NCBI GenBank assembly: GCA_964057225.1
Contig: OZ059895.1
Coordinates: forward strand, 23,684,001-23,748,000
Direction: 5' to 3'
Source: Auanema rhodensis
Taxonomy: Eukaryota; Animalia; Nematoda
DNA length: 64,000 nucleotides
A program made the position numbers and the translations under genes. The notes below the pieces were generated by a model. It did not search any database. It worked only from the letters and a program-made list of their open reading frames with translations, and was not told the origin of the DNA. The first letter of the stretch is position 1. Each line of letters starts with the position of its first letter. Below are positions 25,101 through 39,401 of this stretch, in pieces.

Positions 25101-28100
25101 TTGCTTCATGGTAACCATGACTTTGAAATTTACGTGAACTTTAATTTATGCTAATTAAATGTACACGTGATGTGCACTTGGTATGTAACTCGCTTCACGT
25201 GAAAGATAAAGAGATGCGGTTTTCAAAATTAGATTCCCCATGTCCATATTAGTCTAAAAACAAATTTTTATTGATATTGGTTCATGGTAACCATGACTTT
25301 GAAATTTACGTGAACTTTAATTTATGCTAATTAAATGTACACGAGATGTGCACTTGGTATGTAACTCGCTTCACGTGAAAGATAAAGAGATGCGGTTTTC
25401 AAAATTAGATTCCCCATGTCCATATTAGTCTAAAAACAAATTTTTATTGATATTGGTTCATGGTAACCATGACTTTGAATTTTACGTGAACTTTAATTTA
25501 TGCTAATTAAATGTACACGTGATGTGCACTTGGTATGTAACTCGCTTCACGTGAAAGATAAAGAGATGCGGTTTTCAAAATTAGATTCCCCATGTCCATA
25601 TTAGTCTAAAAACAAATTTTTATTGATATTGCTTCATGGTAACCATGACTTTGAAATTTACGTGAACTTTAATTTATGCTAATTAAATGTACACGTGATG
25701 TGCACTTGGTATGTAACTCGCTTCACGTGAAAGATAAAGAGATGCGGTTTTCAAAATTAGATTCCCCATGTCCATATTAGTCTAAAAACAAATTTTTATT
25801 GGTATTGGTTCATGGTAACCATGACTTTGAAATTTACGTGAACTTTAATTTATGCTAATTAAATGTACACGTGATGTGCACTTGGTATGTAACTTGCTTC
25901 ACGTGAAAGATAAAGAGATGCGGTTTTCAAAATTAGATTCCCCATGTCCATATTAGTCTAAAAACAAATTTTTATTGATATTGCTTCATGGTAACCATGA
26001 CTTTGAAATTTACGTGAACTTTAATTTGTGCTAATTAAATGTACACGTGATGTGCACTTGGTATGTAACTCGCTTCACGTGAAAGATAAAGAGATGCGGT
26101 TTTCAAAATTAGATTCCCCATGTCCATATTAGTCTAAAAACAAATTTTTATTGATATTGCTTCATGGTAACCATGACTTTGAAATTTACGTGAACTTTAA
26201 TTTATGCTAATTAAATGTACACGTGATGTGCACTTGGTATGTAACTCGCTTCACGTGAAAGATAAAGAGATGCGGTTTTCAAAATTAGATTCCCCATGTC
26301 CATATTAGTCTAAAAACAAATTTTTATTGATATTGGTGCATGGTAACCATGACTTTGAAATTTACGTGAACTTTAATTTATGCTAATTAAATGTACTCGT
26401 GATGTGCACTTGGTATGTAACTCGCTTCACGTGAAAGATAAAGAGATGCGGTTTTCAAAATTAGATTCCCCATGTCCATATTAGCCTAAAAACAAATTTT
26501 TATTGATATTGCTTCATGGTAACCATGACTTTGAAATTTACGTGAACTTTAATTTATGCTAATTAAATGTACACGTGATGTGCACTTGGTATGTAACTCG
26601 CTTCACGTGAAAGATAAAGAGATGCGGTTTTCAAAATTAGATTCCCCATGTCCATATTAGTCTAAAAACAAATTTTTATTGATATTGGTGCATGGTAACC
26701 ATGACTTTGAAATTTACGTGAACTTTAATTTATGCTAATTAAATGTACACGTGATGTGCACTTGGTATGTAACTCGCTTCACGTGAAAGATAAAGAGATG
26801 CGGTTTTCAAAATTAGATTACCCATGTCCATATTAGTCTAAAAACAAATTTTTATTGATATTGGTGCATGGTAACCATGACTTTGAATTTTACGTGAACT
26901 TTAATTTATGCTAATTAAATGTACACGTGATGTGCACTTGGTATGTAACTCGCTTCACGTGAAAGATAAAGAGATGCGGTTTTCAAAATTAGATTCCCCA
27001 TGTCCATATTAGTCTAAAAACAAATTTTTATTGATATTGGTTCATGGTAACCATGACTTTGAAATTTACGTGAACTTTAATTTATGCTAATTAAATGTAC
27101 ACGTGATGTGCACTTGGTATGTAACTCGCTTCACGTGAAAGATAAAGAGATGCGGTTTTCAAAATTAGATTCCCCATGTCCATATTAGTCTAAAAACAAA
27201 TTTTTATTGATATTGGTGCATGGTAACCATGACTTTGAAATTTACGTGAACTTTAATTTATGCTAATTAAATGTACACGTGATGTGCACTTGGTATGTAA
27301 CTCGCTTCACGAAGATGAAGAGATGCGGTTTCAAAATTAGATTCCCCATGTCCATATTAGTCTAAAAACAGATTTTTATTGATATTGGTTCATGGTAACC
27401 ATGACTTTGAAATTTACGTGAACTTTAATTTATGCTAATTAAATGTACACGTGATGTGCACTTGGTATGTAACTCGCTTCACGTGAAAGATAAAGAGATG
27501 CGGTTTTCAAAATTAGATTCCCCATGTCCATATTAGTCTAAAAACAAATTTTTATTGATATTGGTTCATGGTAACCATGACTTTGAAATTTACGTGAACT
27601 TTAATTTATGCTAATTAAATGTACACGTGATGTGCACTTGGTATGTAACTCGCTTCACGTGAAAGATAAAGAGATGCGGTTTTCAAAATTAGATTCCCCA
27701 TGTCCATATTAGTCTAAAAACAAATTTTTATTGATATTGGTGCATGGTAACCATGACTTTGAAATTTACGTGAACTTTAATTTATGCTAATTAAATGTAC
27801 ACGTGATGTGCACTTGGTATGTAACTCGCTTCACGTGAAAGATGAAGAGATGCGGTTTTCAAAATTAGATTCCCCATGTCCATATTAGTCTAAAAACAAA
27901 TTTTTATTGATATTGGTTCATGGTAACCATGACTTTGAAATTTACGTGAACTTTAATTTATGCTAATTAAATGTACACGTGATGTGCACTTGGTATGTAA
28001 CTCGCTTCACGTGAAAGATAAAGAGATGCGGTTTTCAAAATTAGATTCCCCATGTCCATATTAGTCTAAAAACAAATTTTATTGATATTGGTGCATGGTA

Positions 28101-28313
28101 ACCATGACTTTGAAATTTACGTGAACTTTAATTTATGCTAATTAAATGTACACGTGATGTGCACTTGGTATGTAACTCGCTTCACGTGAAAGATAAAGAG
28201 ATGCGGTTTTCAAAATTAGATTCCCCATGTCCATATTAGTCTAAAAACAAATTTTTATTGATATTGGTGCATGGTAACCATGACTTTGAAATTTACGTGA
28301 ACTTTAATTTATG

Positions 28314-31300
28314 CTAATTAAATGTACACGTGATGTGCACTTGGTATGTAACTCGCTTCACGTGAAAGATAAAGAGATGCGGTTTTCAAAATTAGATTCC
28401 CCATGTCCATATTAGTCTAAAAACAAATTTTTATTGATATTGGTTCATGGTAACCATGACTTTGAAATTTACGTGAACTTTAATTTATGCTAATTAAATG
28501 TACACGTGATGTGCACTTGGTATGTAACTCGCTTCACGTGAAAGATAAAGAGATGCGGTTTTCAAAATTAGATTCCCCATGTCCATATTAGTCTAAAAAC
28601 AAATTTTTATTGATATTGGTTCATGGTAACCATGACTTTGAAATTTACGTGAACTTTAATTTATGCTAATTAAATGTACACGTGATGTGCACTTGGTATG
28701 TAACTCGCTTCACGTGAAAGATAAAGAGATGCGGTTTTCAAAATTAGATTCCCCATGTCCATATTAGTCTAAAAACAAATTTTTATTGATATTGGTTCAT
28801 GGTAACCATGACTTTGAAATTTACGTGAACTTTAATTTATGCTAATTAAATGTACACGTGATGTGCACTTGGTATGTAACTCGCTTCACGTGAAAGATAA
28901 AGAGATGCGGTTTTCAAAATTAGATTCCCCATGTCCATATTAGTCTAAAAACAAATTTTTATTGATATTGGTTCATGGTAACCATGACTTTGAAATTTAC
29001 GTGAACTTTAATTTATGCTAATTAAATGTACACGTGATGTGCACTTGGTATGTAACTCGCTTCACGTGAAAGATAAAGAGATGCGGTTTTCAAAATTAGA
29101 TTCCCCATGTCCATATTAGTCTAAAAACAAATTTTTATTGATATTGGTTCATGGTAACCATGACTTTGAAATTTACGTGAACTTTAATTTATGCTAATTA
29201 AATGTACACGTGATGTGCACTTGGTATGTAACTCGCTTCACGTGAAAGATAAAGAGATGCGGTTTTCAAATTAGATTCCCCATGTCCATATTAGTCTAAA
29301 AACAAATTTTTATTGATATTGGTTCATGGTAACCATGACTTTGAAATTTACGTGAACTTTAATTTATGCTAATTAAATGTACACGTGATGTGCACTTGGT
29401 ATGTAACTCGCTTCACGTGAAAGATAAAGAGATGCGGTTTTCAAAATTAGATTCCCCATGTCCATATTAGTCTAAAAACAAATTTTTATTGATATTGGTT
29501 CATGGTAACCATGACTTTGAAATTTACGTGAACTTTAATTTATGCTAATTAAATGTACACGTGATGTGCACTTGGTATGTAACTCGCTTCACGTGAAAGA
29601 TAAAGAGATGCGGTTTTCAAAATTAGATTCCCCATGTCCATATTAGTCTAAAAACAAATTTTTATTGATATTGGTTCATGGTAACCATGACTTTGAATTT
29701 ACGTGAACTTTAATTTATGCTAATTAAATGTACACGTGATGTGCACTTGGTATGTAACTCGCTTCACGTGAAAGATAAAGAGATGCGGTTTTCAAAATTA
29801 GATTCCCCATGTCCATATTAGTCTAAAAACAAATTTTTATTGATATTGGTTCATGGTAACCATGACTTTGAAATTTACGTGAACTTTAATTTATGCTAAT
29901 TAAATGTACACGTGATGTGCACTTGGTATGTAACTCGCTTCACGTGAAAGATAAAGAGATGCGGTTTTCAAAATTAGATTCCCCATGTCCATATTAGTCT
30001 AAAAACAAATTTTTATTGATATTGGTTCATGGTAACCATGACTTTGAAATTTACGTGAACTTTAATTTATGCTAATTAAATGTACACGTGATGTGCACTT
30101 GGTATGTAACTCGCTTCACGTGAAAGATAAAGAGATGCGGTTTTCAAAATTAGATTCCCCATGTCCATATTAGTCTAAAAACAAATTTTTATTGATATTG
30201 GTTCATGGTAACCATGACTTTGAAATTTACGTGAACTTTAATTTATGCTAATTAAATGTACACGTGATGTGCACTTGGTATGTAACTCGCTTCACGTGAA
30301 AGATAAAGAGATGCGGTTTTCAAAATTAGATTCCCCATGTCCATATTAGTCTAAAAACAAATTTTTATTGATATTGGTTCATGGTAACCATGACTTTGAA
30401 ATTTACGTGAACTTTAATTTATGCTAATTAAATGTACACGTGATGTGCACTTGGTATGTAACTCGCTTCACGTGAAAGATAAAGAGATGCGGTTTTCAAA
30501 ATTAGATTCCCCATGTCCATATTAGTCTAAAAACAAATTTTTATTGATATTGGTTCATGGTAACCATGACTTTGAAATTTACGTGAACTTTAATTTATGC
30601 TAATTAAATGTACACGTGATGTGCACTTGGTATGTAACTCGCTTCACGTGAAAGATAAAGAGATGCGGTTTTCAAAATTAGATTCCCCATGTCCATATTA
30701 GTCTAAAAACAAATTTTTATTGATATTGGTTCATGGTAACCATGACTTTGAAATTTACGTGAACTTTAATTTATGCTAATTAAATGTACACGTGATGTGC
30801 ACTTGGTATGTAACTCGCTTCACGTGAAAGATAAAGAGATGCGGTTTTCAAAATTAGATTCCCCATGTCCATATTAGTCTAAAAACAAATTTTTATTGAT
30901 ATTGGTTCATGGTAACCATGACTTTGAAATTTACGTGAACTTTAATTTATGCTAATTAAATGTACACGTGATGTGCACTTGGTATGTAACTCGCTTCACG
31001 TGAAAGATAAAGAGATGCGGTTTTCAAAATTAGATTCCCCATGTCCATATTAGTCTAAAAACAAATTTTTATTGATATTGGTTCATGGTAACCATGACTT
31101 TGAAATTTACGTGAACTTTAATTTATGCTAATTAAATGTACACGTGATGTGCACTTGGTATGTAACTCGCTTCACGTGAAAGATAAAGAGATGCGGTTTT
31201 CAAAATTAGATTCCCCATGTCCATATTAGTCTAAAAACAAATTTTTATTGATATTGGTTCATGGTAACCATGACTTTGAAATTTACGTGAACTTTAATTT

Positions 31301-32535
31301 ATGCTAATTAAATGTACACGTGATGTGCACTTGGTATGTAACTCGCTTCACGTGAAAGATAAAGAGATGCGGTTTTCAAAATTAGATTCCCCATGTCCAT
31401 ATTAGTCTAAAAACAAATTTTTATTGATATTGGTGCATGGTAACCATGACTTTGAAATTTACGTGAACTTTAATTTATGCTAATTAAATGTACACGTGAT
31501 GTGCACTTGGTATGTAACTCGCTTCACGTGAAAGATAAAGAGATGCGGTTTTCAAAATTAGATTCCCCATGTCCATATTAGTCTAAAAACAAATTTTTAT
31601 TGATATTGGTTCATGGTAACCATGACTTTGAAATTTACGTGAACTTTAATTTATGCTAATTAAATGTACACGTGATGTGCACTTGGTATGTAACTCGCTT
31701 CACGTGAAAGATAAAGAGATGCGGTTTTCAAAATTAGATTCCCCATGTCCATATTAGTCTAAAAACAAATTTTTATTGATATTGGTTCATGGTAACCATG
31801 ACTTTGAAATTTACGTGAACTTTAATTTATGCTAATTAAATGTACACGTGATGTGCACTTGGTATGTAACTCGCTTCACGTGAAAGATAAAGAGATGCGG
31901 TTTTCAAAATTAGATTCCCCATGTCCATATTAGTCTAAAAACAAATTTTTATTGATATTGGTTCATGGTAACCATGACTTTGAAATTTACGTGAACTTTA
32001 ATTTATGCTAATTAAATGTACACGTGATGTGCACTTGGTATGTAACTCGCTTCACGTGAAAGATAAAGAGATGCGGTTTTCAAAATTAGATTCCCCATGT
32101 CCATATTAGTCTAAAAACAAATTTTTATTGATATTGGTTCATGGTAACCATGACTTTGAAATTTACGTGAACTTTAATTTATGCTAATTAAATGTACACG
32201 TGATGTGCACTTGGTATGTAACTCGCTTCACGTGAAAGATAAAGAGATGCGGTTTTCAAAATTAGATTCCCCATGTCCATATTAGTCTAAAAACAAATTT
32301 TTATTGATATTGGTTCATGGTAACCATGACTTTGAAATTTACGTGAACTTTAATTTATGCTAATTAAATGTACACGTGATGTGCACTTGGTATGTAACTC
32401 GCTTCACGTGAAAGATAAAGAGATGCGGTTTTCAAAATTAGATTCCCCATGTCCATATTAGTCTAAAAACAAATTTTTATTGATATTGGTTCATGGTAAC
32501 CATGACTTTGAAATTTACGTGAACTTTAATTTATG
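28314..32535 (+). repeat. Near-invariant run of 24 consensus monomers
   Basis: Only deviations seen: T132G in the monomer at 31304 and single-base homopolymer deletions near 29270 and 29697. Confidence 0.88.
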
Positions 32536-35500
32536 CTAATTAAATGTACACGTGATGTGCACTTGGTATGTAACTCGCTTCACGTGAAAGATAAAGAGAT
32601 GCGGTTTTCAAAATTAGATTCCCCATGTCCATATTAGTCTAAAAACAAATTTTTATTGATATTGGTTCATGGTAACCATGACTTTGAATTTTACGTGAAC
32701 TTTAATTTATGCTAATTAAATGTACACGTGATGTGCACTTGGTATGTAACTCGCTTCACGTGAAAGATAAAGAGATGCGGTTTTCAAAATTAGATTCCCC
32801 ATGTCCATATTAGTCTAAAAACAAATTTTTATTGATATTGGTGCATGGTAACCATGACTTTGAAATTAACGTGAACTTTAATTTATGCTAATTAAATGTA
32901 CACGTGATGTGCACTTGGTATGTAACTCGCTTCACGTGAAAGATAAAGAGATGCGGTTTTCAAAATTAGATTCCCCATGTCCATATTAGTCTAAAAACAA
33001 ATTTTTATTGATATTGGTTCATGGTAACCATGACTTTGAAATTTACGTGAACTTTAATTTATGCTAATTAAATGTACACGTGATGTGCACTTGGTATGTA
33101 ACTCGCTTCACGTGAAAGATAAAGAGATGCGGTTTTCAAAATTAGATTCCCCATGTCCATATTAGTCTAAAAACAAATTTTATTGATATTGGTGCATGGT
33201 AACCATGACTTTGAAATTTACGTGAACTTTAATTTATGCTAATTAAATGTACACGTGATGTGCACTTGGTATGTAACTCGCTTCACGTGAAAGATAAAGA
33301 GATGCGGTTTTCAAAATTAGATTCCCCATGTCCATATTAGTCTAAAAACAAATTTTTATTGATATTGGTTCATGGTAACCATGACTTTGAAATTTACGTG
33401 AACTTTAATTTATGCTAATTAAATGTACACGTGATGTGCACTTGGTATGTAACTCGCTTCACGTGAAAGATAAAGAGATGCGGTTTTCAAAATTAGATTC
33501 CCCATGTCCATATTAGTCTAAAAACAAATTTTTATTGATATTGGTTCATGGTAACCATGACTTTGAAATTTACGTGAACTTTAATTTATGCTAATTAAAT
33601 GTACACGTGATGTGCACTTGGTATGTAACTCGCTTCACGTGAAAGATAAAGAGATGCGGTTTTCAAAATTAGATTCCCCATGTCCATATTAGTCTAAAAA
33701 CAAATTTTTATTGATATTGGTGCATGGTAACCATGACTTTGAATTTTACGTGAACTTTAATTTATGCTAATTAAATGTACACGTGATGTGCACTTGGTAT
33801 GTAACTCGCTTCACGTGAAAGATAAAGAGATGCGGTTTTCAAAATTAGATTCCCCATGTCCATATTAGTCTAAAAACAAATTTTTATTGATATTGGTTCA
33901 TGGTAACCATGACTTTGAAATTTACGTGAACTTTAATTTATGCTAATTAAATGTACACGTGATGTGCACTTGGTATGTAACTCGCTTCACGTGAAAGATA
34001 AAGAGATGCGGTTTTCAAAATTAGATTCCCCATGTCCATATTAGTCTAAAAACAAATTTTTATTGATATTGGTTCATGGTAACCATGACTTTGAATTTTA
34101 CGTGAACTTTAATTTATGCTAATTAAATGTACACGTGATGTGCACTTGGTATGTAACTCGCTTCACGTGAAAGATAAAGAGATGCGGTTTTCAAAATTAG
34201 ATTCCCCATGTCCATATTAGTCTAAAAACAAATTTTTATTGATATTGGTTCATGGTAACCATGACTTTGAATTTTACGTGAACTTTAATTTATGCTAATT
34301 GAATGTACACGTGATGTGCACTTGGTATGTAACTCGCTTCACGTGAAAGATAAAGAGATGCGGTTTTCAAAATTAGATTCCCCATGTCCATATTAGTCTA
34401 AAAACAAATTTTTATTGATATTGGTGCATGGTAACCATGACTTTGAAATTTACGTGAACTTTAATTTATGCTAATTAAATGTACACGTGATGTGCACTTG
34501 GTATGTAACTCGCTTCACGTGAAAGATAAAGAGATGCGGTTTTCAAAATTAGATTCCCCATGTCCATATTAGTCTAAAAACAAATTTTTATTGATATTGG
34601 TTCATGGTAACCATGACTTTGAAATTTACGTGAACTTTAATTTATGCTAATTAAATGTACACGTGATGTGCACTTGGTATGTAACTCGCTTCACGTGAAA
34701 GATAAAGAGATGCGGTTCTCAAAATTAGATTCCCCATGTCCATATTAGTCTAAAAACAAATTTTTATTGATATTGGTTCATGGTAACCATGACTTTGAAA
34801 TTTACGTGAACTTTAATTTATGCTAATTAAATGTACACGTGATGTGCACTTGGTATGTAACTCGCTTCACGTGAAAGATAAAGAGATGCGGTTTTCAAAA
34901 TTAGATTCCCCATGTCCATATTAGTCTAAAAACAAATTTTTATTGATATTGGTTCATGGTAACCATGACTTTGAAATTTACGTGAACTTTAATTTATGCT
35001 AATTAAATGTACACGTGATGTGCACTTGGTATGTAACTCGCTTCACGTGAAAGATAAAGAGATGCGGTTTTCAAAATTAGATTCCCCATGTCCATATTAG
35101 TCTAAAAACAAATTTTTATTGATATTGGTTCATGGTAACCATGACTTTGAAATTTACGTGAACTTTAATTTATGCTAATTAAATGTACACGTGATGTGCA
35201 CTTGGTATGTAACTCGCTTCACGTGAAAGATAAAGAGATGCGGTTTTCAAAATTAGATTCCCCATGTCCATATTAGTCTAAAAACAAATTTTTATTGATA
35301 TTGGTTCATGGTAACCATGACTTTGAATTTTACGTGAACTTTAATTTATGCTAATTAAATGTACACGTGATGTGCACTTGGTATGTAACTCGCTTCACGT
35401 GAAAGATAAAGAGATGCGGTTTTCAAAATTAGATTCCCCATGTCCATATTAGTCTAAAAACAAATTTTTATTGATATTGGTTCATGGTAACCATGACTTT

Positions 35501-36933
35501 GAATTTTACGTGAACTTTAATTTATGCTAATTAAATGTACACGTGATGTGCACTTGGTATGTAACTCGCTTCACGTGAAAGATAAAGAGATGCGGTTTTC
35601 AAAATTAGATTCCCCATGTCCATATTAGTCTAAAAACAAATTTTTATTGATATTGGTGCATGGTAACCATGACTTTGAAATTAACGTGAACTTTAATTTA
35701 TGCTAATTAAATGTACACGTGATGTGCACTTGGTATGTAACTCGCTTCACGTGAAAGATAAAGAGATGCGGTTTTCAAAATTAGATTCCCCATGTCCATA
35801 TTAGTCTAAAAACAAATTTTTATTGATATTGGTTCATGGTAACCATGACTTTGAAATTTACGTGAACTTTAATTTATGCTAATTAAATGTACACGTGATG
35901 TGCACTTGGTATGTAACTCGCTTCACGTGAAAGATAAAGAGATGCGGTTTTCAAAATTAGATTCCCCATGTCCATATTAGTCTAAAAACAAATTTTATTG
36001 ATATTGGTGCATGGTAACCATGACTTTGAAATTTACGTGAACTTTAATTTATGCTAATTAAATGTACACGTGATGTGCACTTGGTATGTAACTCGCTTCA
36101 CGTGAAAGATAAAGAGATGCGGTTTTCAAAATTAGATTCCCCATGTCCATATTAGTCTAAAAACAAATTTTTATTGATATTGGTTCATGGTAACCATGAC
36201 TTTGAAATTTACGTGAACTTTAATTTATGCTAATTAAATGTACACGTGATGTGCACTTGGTATGTAACTCGCTTCACGTGAAAGATAAAGAGATGCGGTT
36301 TTCAAAATTAGATTCCCCATGTCCATATTAGTCTAAAAACAAATTTTTATTGATATTGGTTCATGGTAACCATGACTTTGAAATTTACGTGAACTTTAAT
36401 TTATGCTAATTAAATGTACACGTGATGTGCACTTGGTATGTAACTCGCTTCACGTGAAAGATAAAGAGATGCGGTTTTCAAAATTAGATTCCCCATGTCC
36501 ATATTAGTCTAAAAACAAATTTTTATTGATATTGGTGCATGGTAACCATGACTTTGAATTTTACGTGAACTTTAATTTATGCTAATTAAATGTACACGTG
36601 ATGTGCACTTGGTATGTAACTCGCTTCACGTGAAAGATAAAGAGATGCGGTTTTCAAAATTAGATTCCCCATGTCCATATTAGTCTAAAAACAAATTTTT
36701 ATTGATATTGGTTCATGGTAACCATGACTTTGAAATTTACGTGAACTTTAATTTATGCTAATTAAATGTACACGTGATGTGCACTTGGTATGTAACTCGC
36801 TTCACGTGAAAGATAAAGAGATGCGGTTTTCAAAATTAGATTCCCCATGTCCATATTAGTCTAAAAACAAATTTTTATTGATATTGGTTCATGGTAACCA
36901 TGACTTTGAATTTTACGTGAACTTTAATTTATG
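32536..36933 (+). repeat. Duplicated 9-monomer block at 2815-bp (16-monomer) spacing
   Basis: 32536-34118 matches 35351-36933: A154T; T132G+T157A; cons; T132G+1-bp T deletion; cons; cons; T132G+A154T; cons; A154T. Confidence 0.85.
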
Positions 36934-39218
36934 CTAATTAAATGTACACGTGATGTGCACTTGGTATGTAACTCGCTTCACGTGAAAGATAAAGAGATGC
37001 GGTTTTCAAAATTAGATTCCCCATGTCCATATTAGTCTAAAAACAAATTTTTATTGATATTGGTTCATGGTAACCATGACTTTGAAATTTACGTGAACTT
37101 TAATTTATGCTAATTAAATGTACACGTGATGTGCACTTGGTATGTAACTCGCTTCACGTGAAAGATAAAGAGATGCGGTTTTCAAAATTAGATTCCCCAT
37201 GTCCATATTAGTCTAAAAACAAATTTTTATTGATATTGGTGCATGGTAACCATGACTTTGAAATTTACGTGAACTTTAATTTATGCTAATTAAATGTACA
37301 CGTGATGTGCACTTGGTATGTAACTCGCTTCACGTGAAAGATAAAGAGATGCGGTTTTCAAAATTAGATTCCCCATGTCCATATTAGTCTAAAAACAAAT
37401 TTTTATTGATATTGGTTCATGGTAACCATGACTTTGAAATTTACGTGAACTTTAATTTATGCTAATTAAATGTACACGTGATGTGCACTTGGTATGTAAC
37501 TCGCTTCACGTGAAAGATAAAGAGATGCGGTTTTCAAAATTAGATTCCCCATGTCCATATTAGTCTAAAAACAAATTTTTATTGATATTGGTTCATGGTA
37601 ACCATGACTTTGAAATTTACGTGAACTTTAATTTATGCTAATTAAATGTACACGTGATGTGCACTTGGTATGTAACTCGCTTCACGTGAAAGATAAAGAG
37701 ATGCGGTTTTCAAAATTAGATTCCCCATGTCCATATTAGTCTAAAAACAAATTTTTATTGATATTGGTGCATGGTAACCATGACTTTGAAATTTACGTGA
37801 ACTTTAATTTATGCTAATTAAATGTACACGTGATGTGCACTTGGTATGTAACTCGCTTCACGTGAAATATAAAGAAATGCGGTTTTCAAAATTAGATTCC
37901 CCATGTCCATATTAGTCTAAAAACAAATTTTTATTGATATTGGTGCATGGTAACCATGACTTTGAAATTTACGTGAACTTTAATTTATGCTAATTAAATG
38001 TACACGTGATGTGCACTTGGTATGTAACTCGCTTCACGTGAAAGATAAAGAGATGCGGTTTTCAAAATTAGATTCCCCATGTCCATATTAGTCTAAAAAC
38101 AAATTTTTATTGATATTGGTTCATGGTAACCATGACTTTGAAATTTACGTGAACTTTAATTTATGCTAATTAAATGTACACGTGATGTGCACTTGGTATG
38201 TAACTCGCTTCACGTGAAAGATAAAGAGATGCGGTTTTCAAAATTAGATTCCCCATGTCCATATTAGTCTAAAAACAAATTTTTTTTGATATTGGTTCAT
38301 GGTAACCATGACTTTGAAATTTACGTGAACTTTAATTTATGCTAATTAAATGTACACGTGATGTGCACTTGGTATGTAACTCGCTTCACGTGAAAGATAA
38401 AGAGATGCGGTTTTCAAAATTAGATTCTTCATGTCCATATTAGTCTAAAAACAAATTTTTATTGATATTGGTTCATGGTAACCATGACTTTGAAATTTAC
38501 GTGAACTTTAATTTATGCTAATTAAATGTACACGTGATGTGCACTTGGTATGTAACTCGCTTCACGTGAAAGATAAAGAGATGCGGTTTTCAAAATTAGA
38601 TTCTTCATGTCCATATTAGTCTAAAAACAAATTTTTATTGATATTGGTTCATGGTAACCATGACTTTGAAATTTACGTGAACTTTAATTTATGCTAATTA
38701 AATGTACACGTGATGTGCACTTGGTATGTAACTCGCTTCACGTGAAAGATAAAGAGATGCGGTTTTCAAAATTAGATTCCCCATGTCCATATTAGTCTAA
38801 AAACAAATTTTTATTGATATTGGTTCATGGTAACCATGACTTTGAAATTTACGTGAACTTTAATTTATGCTAATTAAATGTACACGTGATGTGCACTTGG
38901 TATGTAACTCGCTTCACGTGAAAGATAAAGAGATGCGGTTTTCAAAATTAGATTCCCCATGTCCATATTAGTCTAAAAACAAATTTTTATTGATATTAGT
39001 TCATGGTAACCATGACTTTGAAATTTACGTGAACTTTAATTTATGCTAATTAAATGTACACGTGATGTGCACTTGGTATGTAACTCGCTTCACGTGAAAG
39101 ATAAAGAGATGCGGTTTTCAAAATTAGATTCCCCATGTCCATATTAGTCTAAAAACAAATTTTTATTGATATTGGTTCATGGTAACCATGACTTTGAAAT
39201 TTACGTGAACTTTAATTT

Positions 39219-39401
39219 ATGCTAATTAAATGTACACGTGATGTGCACTTGGTATGCAACTCGCTTCACGTGAAAGATAAAGAGATGCGGTTTTCAAAAT
39301 TAGATTCCCCATGTCCATATAAGTCTAAAAACAAATTTTTATTGATATTGGTTCATGGTAACCATGACTTTGAAATTTACGTGAACTTCAATTTATGCTA
39401 A
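39219..39401 (+). other. Fortuitous 60-aa ORF within one satellite monomer; not supported as a gene
   Basis: The consensus monomer has this frame interrupted by one TAG at monomer positions 100-102; here T100A (39321) gives AAG. No recognisable domain. Confidence refers to the 'not a gene' call. Confidence 0.9.

Noticed and set aside
29268-29700. Single-base deletions near 29270 and 29697 as real variants
   Set aside because: They are unreplicated homopolymer shortenings, indistinguishable from long-read consensus error.
38342-38693. CC>TT doublet as a UV signature
   Set aside because: It is one event duplicated in adjacent monomers, and C88T alone exists (52948, 56290), so a stepwise origin suffices.
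39219-39401. Protein-coding gene
   Set aside because: It results from a single TAG>AAG change in one of about 360 monomers, inside a cluster of suspect substitutions, with no recognisable domain.
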